Shown: in pieces, positions 1 to 15,754 of the stretch
Numbering within the stretch: position 1 is the first letter of the stretch
Layout: the number at the start of each line of letters is the position of its first letter
From: the human T2T-CHM13v2.0 reference genome, Homo sapiens
Length of the DNA stretch: 64,000 nt
Direction: 5' to 3' (one strand)
Assembly: GCF_009914755.1 (NCBI RefSeq)
Contig: NC_060941.1
Notes under the pieces: generated by a model
What the model was told of the DNA's origin: nothing
Database searches by the model: none
What the model saw: only the letters and a program-made list of their open reading frames with translations
Position numbers and translations under genes: made by a program

Positions 1-3000
1 ACTAACTCAAGCCCCAGCCTCTTTCCACACTCCCTGATACCTAAGGACTGCTTTCTCAGCTAGACCAGGGTGGGCATCAGCGACGCCTTCTCAGCTAGAC
101 CAGGGTAGGCATCAGCGTCCTCTCTCCATCTCTATACCCCTCTCTCTCACATCAGGAAGATGAAATGTGTAGCTCTAGCGGCAACCTCTAGCCAGGAGCC
201 CAGTGGCCTCTCAGATTGCTTTTTGGCCAGGTCTCAGCACTGCTGGCATCTTTACATCTTACTCCTTAAAACCGCCTCTCGCTGAGGAGCCACTGCATTT
301 TGAAGAATTTCTCAGTGTCTGTCAGGAAAGTGCTCCTGCTCATTTGGAACGCCACACACCACCCGCACTCACCTGTCCAGGCGAATGAGCAGGTCCTGTA
401 GCTTTACAAATATGCCGCTGATGCCGCTTCTCCCCAGGGTCTCTCAGTTTTCCAGGACAAAAAGATTTAGGGCCTATACCCTATGGGCAAAACACCTAAA
501 ATGTCAACAGTCAAAATGCCATTCTTTTTGGCCATCATAAGAGGGAGTAGGTATCACTGCTGCATGCCAGTTGTTTTTGACTAGAATATGCCAACCAGAG
601 CTTGTTGGGGCAGGAGACGTTTTTCCTTACAAGCAGACTGCCTGTGCCCTGTGCCCTGTTTGCTACTTCACTGCCATGGAATGATCCGAGTACTGTATTT
701 CAGAGCTGCCCCTTCCCCAGCAGCAAACACTCGCTGAGTCCATGTCTGGCTTCAGGTGGGAGGAAATGTTTCAGATGAAACTTACTCAATTCATACCACC
801 CTGAAATGGAGGACAGAGGTGACAAACTTCAGTTTAATAGGTTTCTCACCAAGTTGTATGTTCCATTGGCCCAGGATTCTTGCACTAATGGGTTTCTATC
901 ACATCATGTCTATAAATGGGTGCACTTTACTGTTTGAATTTGTAACTGAAGTACTGGATATTTAAGTGTGAGTAATGTCTTCATTAGAAAATAGCAGAAC
1001 CGCTCTTGTCTTTTAGTGTATTTTTCAAGAAAAAAGGAAAGGAAAGACATCAAGCAGTGGATCACAACATTTATAGCACAAGAAATAACTTGTATATAAG
1101 CATCAAAAAGATTAAGAATTTTTTAATATGAAAAATATTTGCAGTGATTTTAAAGTGCTTTTCCAGCAATGTTCTTAGGGACTCCTGAGACACGGTTACT
1201 TTATCTACTGGATCAGTAAGGCACACAATTAACAATTAACAATTAATGTTTATTTACAAAGTAAAGGGAAAACCTGTGTAACATGAGAATTTGGCATGAC
1301 AAAATGGAGACCATTTTGTATCTTGTCCGGGTTGCAGACGTGCACTATTAAAGTCCCAAGTTAATAGAGCACAAACCCTTCTCGCTCCTCCCCCATGTGC
1401 CCCTCTTTTTAGATGTGTATAACTTAAACTCGATGGCTCAGGAAAATTCCACTAATTAGAATCATGTACAGTACCCCAGGTCGTTGTCCAGATATACAAG
1501 TTTGCTAATGTAGTTAAGCCTGGATTATTAAACACTTTTCCTAAATTATTGTAAACAGAACAGCTTAGAGAAAGGTATTCTCAGTCCTTAATATTGTATA
1601 GTAGTTTATGAGCCCCTCTCTAAATATTGGTATTTTTATATTCCAGAGATGTACCCAATAGAAAAAATTAAAAATTAATCAGTATCTAATTTAATATCCA
1701 TAAGTATTTTTCCTTAGATTTTAGTCACGTACAGTGGGCTATGTGGATGTCACTTGTGCTTCACCATAGTTTACCACTAGGTGTCACTGTGGCTCTGCAC
1801 TGCGCTTGTTTTGTAGCAAAGAACAGCGGCATCCCCTCGGGAGAGAGGAGCTGCTTCCAGGGCAACAGGCAAGCGGGCTCAGAGGTTCAGGAGAAGGCAA
1901 CAGAGGCCTGGAAGGGGTCTTCGTGCATCTGTGCCAGTTGTGCAAGACGAACTCTTTGAACACTACATGCTTTGGACTTCAGCCAGGCAGAGGCTGGAAG
2001 AAGGTTGACCAGAGCTCCCTTGCTCTGGTAGAGGGATGGGTACATGGAGAAGCCCCTTCTTCCCCATGAGCCTCCCTCCTGTCAGTTCCTCTCAGCCTCC
2101 AGCTTTTATAACTCCAGAAGCGTCACAGTTGGGTGGTTTGATTCAGAGAGAGTTATTTTTCTACTGCAGAAATGCCTTGGACAAAACCAGTGCTCACTGA
2201 ATCTTTGCCACAAAATGGAATAGGCTATCCCAGGGGGCAAGAGGTGCCCGCCCCTGTGCCCAGCCTCCTCTTGATGCTCCCAGTGCCCAGCAGCCTCGCA
2301 CACCCTGCCTGTCTGTTCCTGGGCTGCCCATTTCTCAAGAAACCGACCTGCAAAGGCAGCCGGCTGCTGCCTCCACACCGAGGGCTGTGCGGTCCTGCTG
2401 CTCGCTCACTGGGAGGTGCAGCTCTTTCTCCTCTTCCTCTAGGAATTCCAGACCGACCATCTACCATGACTAACAACAATGAACAAAGGGCTTAGGGGCA
2501 AGAGCTACCTGCAAAGACGTGTCATGGAACCCTTCACCATGCAATGCCTTGAACTCAGCTCTGGCTGCTCCCAAGAAAAGGTGGCTGGCTGGGGGCCTGG
2601 ACACAAGCACAATGGGGCTGGTGGAGCCACTGTGCAGAGCTACTTGAATAATCACTGGGTTTTCATCAACTCCTTTTGTCATACAGACCACTCAAGGGCT
2701 GAAGTGTTGGTAACCTTCATTTCGGTGTCCAAAGCCTCACAGCAGGTGAGCCACCCTGAGATGCTTGTGGCCACATGGTGGCCACAGTCAGAGCTTTGAA
2801 AGTCAGTACCAAATGAACGCATAATTGGACACCAAAAATCAAGTGTTACTTTCATGTTTCCTCACCCCATCATCTCATTGCCTCCTGCTGACTCTGATAC
2901 CGACGCTGAGCTGACTTGCCAGGCTGCCGCTGGACGCGTAGAGATCAGGCCAGCGCCGCGCTCATTTTTCCAGGTAGACCTACTCTGTGGAACGGAAGTG

Positions 3001-3915
3001 CCCTAGCTGCTTTGTTTTTGTAGCACTTGCTGGCTGAATTTTTCTTTTGCTAATCGCTAACCAGAAAGTCTGGTTAGAGGGGGCTCAACTCAATCCCTTT
3101 GGTCCCCAGCGCCAGACAAGAGTTAATTCTGGAAAATTCAGTACTTGAATGTACCTGCCTTATTGCATACCAATTTACTGGGGGGAAAAAAAAAGTTAAG
3201 AGATGCCGGCTCCAGATCTCCACTTCATTCACAGGTGATTTTGGAAATCCTGTAAGTTACACTTCCTGTTCTGGTTTTGTTTTGTTTTTTGTTTCCTTTG
3301 GCTGATTCCTGCTGAGTGAGGCCAGTTCCTCATCAGGCTCAGGGCAGGTGCCTTTTCAGGCGTGGCCTCCTTTCCATCTAGCACAGCATCTTTGTCTCTG
3401 TTCTGTCTCCTCCAAATCCAAGATGATTTTAATTAGTACAGACATGTACAGTCTACAATTAAAGAGTGATTTGTACTAATATGATTTTGATTCTTCCTCC
3501 TCTTTGCTGTCCTTTCAAGACACTTGCTGGAAAAAGCTTTAATGCACTTAGTTTTCCTTTAGGTTTTCTATGACTCAGATGTAAAGGACTTTCTCTGTAC
3601 AGTATATTATCCAATGCATGTTTGTTCTCTCTCCTGATATATTGAACACCACACAGTTGTGAAGCCGTGCAGTGGGGATGCCCCACACCCCACAGAGGCA
3701 TCTACCCCTGTGTATAAGGAAAGACATTTTCCTTTGCTGTACTTGCTTGAGCAGTTTTATTGTCTGTACATGTGAGCTGTGTGAGATAGATGTGAAAAGT
3801 TCAAATGAATGCATTTTCCTGCCCCATGTATACAGATTGTCATCTGTACAAGGAACTGTATGTATGAAAGCAAATGTACTTATTTATAAATGGCTAACAC
3901 TTGGAAAACCATGGT
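1..3915 (+). other. TANC2: Long 3' UTR (terminal exon) of TANC2
   Basis: No Alus seen, AU/GU-rich, no credible ORF. Ends in a UGUA cluster, TATAAA (3885-3890) and a GU-rich downstream element. Identity is inferred from recalled synteny with CYB561/ACE, not from coding sequence. Confidence 0.7.
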
Positions 3916-3935
3916 GTTGTGATGCTTTTCTCCTT
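3845..3935 (+). terminator. Putative non-canonical polyadenylation site of the + strand gene
   Basis: Several TGTA motifs (3846-3880), variant hexamer TATAAA at 3885-3890, downstream TGGTGTTGTGATGCTTTT. Confidence 0.55.
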
Positions 3936-4932
3936 CCATTACAGCCTCTTCAGGGAGCTGGCTTTTAAGCTTACCCTCCTGAGGATGCAGTGATGGGGGC
4001 ACCCTCCCTCAGGAGGAATTGGGCAGGTTAGGGCTAAGGCCAAATTCCCGATGATTTGCTTGGTCTCTTGTGGGACATTCAGAGCCACCCCTTTGTGCAT
4101 TTATTTGCTCGGTCACGTTATTGAGCACCTCCTCTCCTCAGAGTTGGACACTGTGGTAGGCCCTCAAGAGAGCTGTGGACAAGAGACGCCGTTCTAAGGA
4201 GCTGTCAGCACAGGCCTGTGACATTTGTTGAGAAAGGGGGGCTTTTTCTTCATTGGAAGAGGTTTCTCTCTAGCTATACCCAGGGAGCACTGAGCTCTTG
4301 TTTCATTTTGTAGCTGAAGCTGCACCCAATCCAGCCACCCTACTAAAGCCAAGGCTGAGGTGGGCTGCCAGCTTGAGTGGCTGTGTTTAGAGGCTGCATG
4401 CTGAGAGGGTAGCGAGCAGAGGGCACAGCTCCCACTGCAGACCTAAGGGCTTCGTCACAACTGGAGGCCCACTGCTTCCAGGGGCTTTGTCTTTTCATCA
4501 GAAATCTGGTCGAACTCCAGTCCTCACCATATAGAGAGCTAGGCAGCTGCATTGTGAATGGAAAAGTGGCAGGTTTCCTGCAACTGGCTGGAGACTCAAT
4601 ACCATCTAAAAGGGAGTGGGGAAGCGGGGGAGCAGCACTGAGCCTGCAGCCTTTCCTGTTTAACTGCTACCTCTGTGTTTACTTCAGGGACAAGCGAGGA
4701 GGGAGACCACTTCCTCTTGACATCAGATTTGTGCTAAACAAACATTCCTGCTGTGCATACCTGCATTTCCCAAAGCCTAGGGAAGCAGACAAACTGCAGG
4801 CAACACACAGCCCAGCCTAGATGCCACAGTTGCCTTCAAAGAGAAGAGGGGACTCTGGCAGCAGCCACCTGCTCAATCTCAAAACCATTCCTGGGCTGCT
4901 CCAGTTATTTCATTAAAAAATGGGTAAGTCGG

Positions 4933-5936
<1,004 letters not shown>

Positions 5937-6885
5937 TGATTCATTTAAAATATTAATACTTCTTAAAAAGAATTTACCCTCAACCTTAATAAAAAGCTAC
6001 TCAGAGTAGAAGCAAACAGCAAACTCAGCAGAAGTCTGTGTAGATCCTCCGAAGCACTAAGTAAGTCAGACTTTCTTCCCCTGGATATCTGCTCATGGGT
6101 ACCTTTTGGTAACTGCAGGCAGACACAGTACGCACGTGCACATGGTGGCCAAACTCCCCTGCGGTCGGCTGGGAATGGGTAGGCGAACCAGCGGGGAATG
6201 GAGTCACCCTCTTTCAGCTTTAAAAACAAGTTGGAGGAGCTTGGAGTCTTGGCAGCTGAGTTATTCCATTCTCAGGAATAAGATGGGGCACTGATAACAG
6301 GTATCATGTCTGGAAGGCCCTGTGATGAAGAGAGGGCCCACATAGAAGAGAAGGTGCTCAGAGTCCATTCTAACAGGCCATCCTCTTGGGAGGTCCATTG
6401 TGTCCCAGACACTGTGATAGGGACTTCACATGTGTTCCCTAATGTATTCCTCACACCTCGACAGACGACACTGCTGTCTCCAAAACAAATGCAGAAGCAG
6501 ATCCTGAGAGCTGAAGTTGCTCAGGGTCACAGAGGCACAGGTAGGCCTCTGAATCAGCCACACTGACAGCTCTTCCCTCCACCACGCTGCCTCCTCTCTC
6601 AGAAGGGATGGTCTGAAAAGAGCAAGCAACCCGAATGGCGCCCCACGGAGTGCAGGCGCTGGGTCCAGGAGGATGGCTTGGGAAATGCCGCGTGCTTGTT
6701 TGGAGAAATAACTCTATGCCACAGTCAAGAGGAGTCGCTTTGGGACCCCAGTAAGAAAATGAGGTCCCTGCTATTATCCAGCCAGAGATTCGTAGAGGAA
6801 GAGGTGAAGTGGCTGGCTGGAGAGGGAGGCATCATCCCTTGGTGACTGGGATCACTTCAATATTCACAGAGACCCATAAGATTCA

Positions 6886-7398
<513 letters not shown>

Positions 7399-7539
7399 TT
7401 AGAGACCAGCTACAATGCAGAAGACAAAGTTGAGACCAACGCGGGGAAGCAGGGACTCCTGTTACCTTATTAGAGGATTTGCTGTTGGGTCCCTTTAAAT
7501 AGTGAGCTCTGGTGAGTTTTTAAATTGCTTTAAGTAAGT

Positions 7540-8020
7540 CAGAGGTCCCCAGCCCCAGGGCCACAGACCAGTATGGGTCTGTGGCTGTTAGAACCTGGCT
7601 GCACAGTAGGAGGTGAGCAGCAGCGGGTGAGCATGACCACCTGAGCTCCGCCTCCTGTCAGATCAGCTGCAGCATTAGATTCTCATAGGAGTGCAGACCC
7701 TATTAATTATGAACTACGCATGCGAGGGATCTAGGTTGCATGCTCCTTAGGAGAATCGAATGATCTGTCACTGTCTCCCATCACCCCCAGATGAGACTGT
7801 CTAGTTTCAGGAAAACAAGCTCAGGGCTCCCATTGATTCTACATTATGGTAAGTTGTATAATTATTTCATTATATGTTACAATGTAATAATATAAAAATG
7901 CATAATAAATGTAACGTGCTTGAATCATCCCAAAACTATCCCCCACCCCCAGCCCTGGTCTGTGGAAAAATTGTCTTCCACAAAACCTGTTCCTGCTGCC
8001 AAAAAGGTTGGCGGCCACTG
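7540..8020 (+). mobile_element. MER1-family (hAT-Charlie) non-autonomous DNA transposon, probably MER1A
   Basis: CAGAGGTCCCCAGCCCC start, CTGAGCTCCGCCTCCTGTCAGATCAG interior and AAAAAGGTTGGCGGCCACTG end match the MER1 consensus as I recall it. Confidence 0.75.
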
Positions 8021-8499
8021 CTTTAAGTGACAAGGCACAAAGCGCACAGTACGATCCCACCCAAATTTGCCAAAAACTCACCTTCTGCCTGAGCCACGTA
8101 CGTGGATCTAAAGTGGAATCTCAGCTCGTTCCAAAAGCTTTGCTCCTCTTCTTAAGGATCAAAAAGACTGATTTCAAAGGGAAAGGGGTCCATTAAACAC
8201 TGGGGGACCTTCCTTGCCAAGGCTCTTATCAGGCTCTTGCAGCTCCACCATCCAGGCCACCCTCTCAGGCTGAGAGGAAAGGGCTTATCTAACCATGTGG
8301 AAACAACACTGCCTCTGCTGGGTCGAGACTGGACAACCGCTGGGCCTTTTCAGCCCCTAGGCCATGATCAATATCACTAATCGCTTTACCTTCTGTGCCC
8401 AGCCTGCGGATATTCAATTTCTCTCAGGCCTAGAGCTAACGTCATGTGTCTGGCTGCTAAAAGCTCCGGCTCCTTTTATTACCACAGTAAAGGAAGATA

Positions 8500-10609
<2,110 letters not shown>

Positions 10610-10802
10610 TCACTGGGAGCCGGGGCTATCTCCCTCCGTCAGCGTCTTGAAGTCCATGGAGAGGGCCTGCTCTTCCGCCTGGGAAGGCCGCTTCCAGTCG
10701 GCCCGGGTCAAGATGTAGAGCACCGCCCCACCGAAGCAGGCCAGCAGCAGGCCCAGCACGTTGGCCAGGACACCCTCGGGCTCAAATGCGCTATACTTGC
10801 CC
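10610..10802 (-). CDS. CYB561: Cytochrome b561, last coding exon ([10 protein letters not shown]...DSPGSQ*)
   Basis: AG acceptor 10804-10803, TGA at 10612-10610, 193 nt. The five coding exons sum to 756 nt = 251 aa + stop. Confidence 0.97.
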
Positions 10803-11293
10803 CTGCAGGGGTGAGAGGAAGGGAGAAGCTGCCCAAGGGGTCACAATTAGGCCAAATGCCCTTTGTATCCTGGGCCTTAAAGATGCCATGGGGATTCCAG
10901 CACCAGCCCCTGCCTCCCTGCCCTGCCTGAAGAGAACAACCATCCCCCCGCCCCCAACCAGCAATCTCCAGCTATGGCTCACAGACAAAAAGAGATGGGC
11001 AATGTAAAAACCTAGATCAATATTCTAGCTCTAAGCAGTTGTCCTGCAGATCCTGCTGCGTGGTGGGAATAAATAGGGTGCCCATAGCCCAGAAGTTTCT
11101 TTGAAAGGGTAAAATCAAGAAAGCTAACCAAAGCCAAGCCCCAAGCACCCAAATCTTAGCAAGCATAACTACAGCCACCAGTTGTGACGCCACGAGAGGC
11201 GGCTCAGGAAGCCACAGCTGGGGAAGCTGAAGGCAGGGTGAGGTCTGTGCAAGGGTGGCCCAGGCCCTGCCCTCTCCCACCCAGGACACTCAC

Positions 11294-11451
11294 CCGAGGT
11301 TGAACAGCAGTGCCTCCTTCAGGCCCAGCAGGGCGGTGCCCACGGAAAGGAGGAAGATGGTAGCACCAAAGAAGATGTGCTGTGGGCGGTAGCGGCTCCG
11401 CAGGGAGAATGAAGCTCCGGGGAACAGGAAGAAGCTGAAGCCCACCAGCCA
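11294..11451 (-). CDS. CYB561: Cytochrome b561 coding exon 4 (WLVGFSFFLFPG...PQHIFFG...FNLG)
   Basis: TAG acceptor, GTGAG donor, 158 nt, phase-consistent, contains a heme-ligand His. Confidence 0.97.
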
Positions 11452-11895
11452 CTAGGATTTGAAAGGAGACGGTTCCGGGACAGGGCGGCCGGACACCCCA
11501 GCAGCCGAGGTCGGCCAGGCCCACACCCACGTGCCCACGTGGCGACTGTGAGCCCCTCAGCCCTGCCTGGTTTCCTTCCTCCTCAGCACAGTGGTGGGAG
11601 GAGCACTAAGCGCTTAGGGACAAGGGACCGGTCCCCCAACGCTTGAGGCCTTGGCACACTCAGAAAGCTGGGCTTGTGGCCAAAAGTGCTGAGTCAGCCA
11701 TGGGGCGCCTGGGAGCTGGGCACCCTTGGCCGCCAATCCTAGCTTTGCACCCGCACAGGCCTGGGAAGGCAGCTCTCTCACCTGCACACACCCCAGAAAT
11801 CAGGCCCTTCCATGAGGTACATTTCAGCCCAGCTCCCCTCCTCCTCCCACCTCCCTGGTAGGTGGCCCCAGGCCCGGGGTGTTGGAAGGACTCAC

Positions 11896-11999
11896 CTGCA
11901 CAAAGTACAGGACAAAGACAAGGATCCCGCACCAGCTGTGTAGGCTGTACAGGTCAGCGTAGCCCTTCTTCCTGTGGTAGTCGAACACCGCCACCAAGC
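11896..11999 (-). CDS. CYB561: Cytochrome b561 coding exon 3 (GLVAVFDYH...LYSLHSWCG...FVQ)
   Basis: Family motif SLHSW, CAG/GTGAG boundaries, 104 nt. Confidence 0.97.
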
Positions 12000-12261
12000 C
12001 TGGGCCAGAGACAGGTCATATGAGGACAGGGTTGGATGTGGAAAAGGAAGGTGTAAGATGACCCAGGGGAACCAGCTAGCGGGACTTCTGGGCTTTAGTC
12101 CCAGCTCGAGGGCTGCCAGCACCTAGTGGCCCTGCAGGGGATGTTTGGGGTGGGGGCGGGCCCATCACAGCTCTGGGGAGGGAACAGAGCAGGTGAAGCG
12201 GCTGTTTGCCATACCTGAAGAGGCAGGCAGGTGGCGGGGAAGGCCGCGCCCGGGAACTCAC

Positions 12262-12360
12262 CAACCAGGGCGATGACGAGCGCAAAGATGTGCAGCAGCC
12301 CGTGCAGGACCTTGGTGGTGCGTTTAGCTTCGTTCCTGAAGACACGGTAAACCAGCAGGG
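12262..12360 (-). CDS. CYB561: Cytochrome b561 coding exon 2 ([24 protein letters not shown]...)
   Basis: Family motif ALLVYRVFR, canonical splice sites, 99 nt. Confidence 0.97.
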
Positions 12361-13167
12361 CTGTGGGAGGTGAGAGAGGGAACGTGAGTGCATCCGCCTG
12401 TGCGTGAGGCCTCCTGCCCCAGCAGCAAGGAGGCACCTTGGTGGAGAGGTGATGTGAGCTGACGGCTTGTAACAGGAGCCTAGCTGCAGGAACCGGAGGA
12501 GAAAGCCAGGTTCCCTGGGGACCCTGGGCAGCTCCTGGCCTTCTCTGAGGGCACCTAGGGCTGTGTGCACCTTAACACCCCTCCCCCACCCTCCAACCTC
12601 CCCCAGCTGTGCACAAAGAGGGCAGGGCCGGAGGCTGCACCACAGTCCCCACCACCAGGACAGGCAGTGAAGGCAGCGCCTCTGCCCTCGTCCCCACCTA
12701 AAGGAGCTGCCCGGCCCAGCAGACGCCCCCCTCCACCCACCTTCTTGTCAGGTGTCCTGCAAATTCCAGGCTGTGTTTGAGGTCCACTGTTGGTCACACT
12801 GAGGCAACAAGCAGCCTCTGAGTTCACCTGTTAGCCACGTGGCTCCTCACACAGGCCCCCACCTAAGCCTGGGCAGATGGTCCTACTCCTAGCAAGCAGG
12901 CACCTGGCTCCCAAGCAGAACCTTGTGATCCCAGCCTGATCTCCCGCGTCCAGAAGAGGTGGGCAAGGCCAGGTCACGTGAGGAATGCCTCTTAGCTTTC
13001 TGCTGCTCAGGAATGGCTGTCACCAGGACCACCTCTAGGAAGAGCGGGTCAACCGGATGCAGATCCCGCTTCCTGGATCCCTGGCCTGGAGGCAGGTGGA
13101 GGCCAAGCACTGCCTTGCTCCTGCCCCAGGGGGAGGCGCTCTAGCTCTGCCAAGTCCAAGACCAACA

Positions 13168-13200
13168 ACACACATGCGCGCGCACGCACGCACGCATACA
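13168..13200. repeat. Alternating purine-pyrimidine microsatellite, (CA)(CG)(CACG)n
   Basis: ACACACATGCGCGCGCACGCACGCACGCATACA, 33 nt of perfect RY alternation. Confidence 0.85.
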
Positions 13201-13553
13201 AACTCTCACATATGATTACTTTTTTTCCCTCAATTCAAACCACCCCTGCAGCAGGGCCTGGCTCGGAGCCTCATTCCTTTCCCTCTGCTGCAAGAAGTGC
13301 CCGCCTTGGATGCTGTGTGTGGAAACGAGGTGAAAATGCTGGACCAGGCTGGAGAGGAGCTGCCACTCACCAACCTCAGAGCCTGGGTTTGGATTCCATC
13401 TCCCCAGGCTCTGAACCAGCTTCTGTCTCTGTCTTTTCTAGAATCTTAGATTTGTCCAACCAGAAGAGACCGCAGGGGTGACAAGACCCCTGCAAACTGC
13501 CTCTCAGGGACCCCCACAAGCCCGGGAAAAGAGGAGCGGCCCATGGGACTCAC

Positions 13554-13755
13554 CATTTCCCTGCAGGAAGATCAGGCCTATGACCATGCAGAGGGGGTGC
13601 GCGTTGAACTGCAGGTCGCTCTCCCAGGCAATGCCGCCTCGGTACAGCCCGAGCCACGCGCCGGTCATGGCCACCAAGGTCAGGCCCAGCAGCTGGGAGA
13701 AGGCCACGTAGTAAGGCAGTGCTGTGGGGGTGGCTGCCGCGGCCCCGCCCTCCAT
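13554..13755 (-). CDS. CYB561: Cytochrome b561 first coding exon (MEGGAAAATP...FNAHPLCM...LQGN)
   Basis: ATG at 13755, acceptor at 13770-13769 (exon starts 13768), GTGAG donor at 13553, 202 coding nt. Confidence 0.97.
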
Positions 13756-13797
13756 GCTGAGGCAAACGCTGCAAGAAAGAGCAGAGCTCAGAGGAGC

Positions 13798-14160
13798 AGC
13801 GCACAGCACCCCGAGATGCGCACAGCCCCCGCGGATGCACACAGCCCCCCAAGATGCGCACAGGCCCCCCGAGATGTACACACCCCTCAAGATGCGCACA
13901 GCCGCCCCCGGAGATAAGCACGGTCCCCCCAGATATGCACAGCCCCCCCCGAAATGCGCACAGCCGCCCCTGCTAGATGCGCGCAACACCCCCCCCGGGT
14001 TGCGCACAGCCCCCTCCAGATGCGCACAGCCACCCCGCTAGATGGGCACAGCCCCCCCGAGATGCACACAGCACCCCCAGATGCGAGCAGCCCCCCTGAG
14101 ATGCACATGTCCCCCCCACGGATGCGCACAGCCCCTAGAGACTGCGCCTGAGATGCGGCG
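13798..14160. repeat. GC-rich minisatellite, ~20-23 bp unit GAGATGCGCACAGCCCCCC, about 17-18 degenerate copies
   Basis: Directly visible tandem units starting ~30 nt upstream of the CYB561 exon 2 acceptor. Confidence 0.9.
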
Positions 14161-15442
14161 CGGCTCCCCCCACGGCGGCCCCGCCACCCTCCCCCGAGGC
14201 TCCCGCTGGAAGCAGCGCTCGCTCTCCTACCCGCAAGCCCCTTCCCACCCATCGTCCTTAGGCAGAGGTCTCAAGTCTCGGGAGTGGCTGGGGGGAGGGG
14301 CCCAGCCTCCCCACGGGGACAGGCGTGACCTGGGACACGACGCCAGGAGTTCCATATGCGGTGAGGGTGCAAGGAAAGATACCCCAAATTCTAGTGAGCT
14401 CAAGGGCCCAGTGCCCGGCTTTGTTTTCTGTTTCATGAGGCCCTGGCCTTCCCTGGGTGGGCTTTACAGGTGAGTTACACAGGCAAGCGCGCTCCTTGAC
14501 GGGAAGGAAGGGGCTGGTCACACCTTTTCTCCAGACGCGTCATGAAGTACATCTCGGGAGAAATGGGAAGTCTCCCTCCCCCATCCTGGTTTTTAACTCC
14601 ATGCTGGCGATGAGGAGGCCTCCCCACCCCACACCCAGGAGAGCCAGCCCCGCTCCCCCCACGCCCCCGCCCGCCCCCCACCCCGCTCCCCGCCCGGCCG
14701 CGCCTGCAGAGTAGAAGTGCCCCGACCATGCTGCACACAGGGACCTGTCAGCACACAGGGACAGGGCACTTCCCCTCCACACCAGGGGCGGGGCGGACCC
14801 GCACTCTAGAGGGGCCCTCAGGGAGGTTTCCAAAACTGAAGGCCCCCAGAAACGAGGCCTGCGAAGGGGCCGGGTAGAGCTCAGCACGGCTGTCCCAGGT
14901 GCTCGGCCCCACGTGGCCCTCCAGGAGGAAAGGAGAGCGGGTGGTTCCTAGCGAAGCAGCAATGAGAAGGCCCCGCTAAGAGCCCAAGGGAGTGCCCAGT
15001 GCCTGCACAGCTTCATGCCGGCCGGAGAGCACCCAGCAGCTGGGGATGGGAGGAGAGGCGGCAGGAGGAGAACAAGCGGGGCTCTCCCCTCACCCGGCAG
15101 CGGCCTGTGCGCCACGGAAAAGTGCTGCCATGGCCCACAGTTGCCACTGCAACTGCCACCACCATGGCCACCACAAGCAGACCCCAGAGCACTGCTGCTG
15201 CCCCCCATCCCGCCCCGGTTCCCCACTGGCCCCTTGCCACGGTCCAGCCTCTCCTGGCAGCAACTGTATCAGAACTAGGGGGACAGTGGCCAGCACAGGG
15301 GCACTGACCCCCTTCACACCCGGCACACGCTCTGCCCTGCAGTGCCCAGGAGCTGGTTTTCAGTCCCTCCCAGTGATGGGCTCCTTCTCTGCTCCCCAGT
15401 TCTCTCTGCCACATCGGACAACTGTTGGCAACTCCACCATTA

Positions 15443-15754
<312 letters not shown>

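Noticed and set aside
2890-3115. CpG-retaining patch inside the 3' UTR
   Set aside because: Could be a regulatory element, but I could not identify a motif or structure to support a call.
13798-14160. CRISPR-like appearance and repetitive ORFs in the minisatellite
   Set aside because: Units are contiguous degenerate tandem repeats with no unique spacers and no cas genes, in a human intron.
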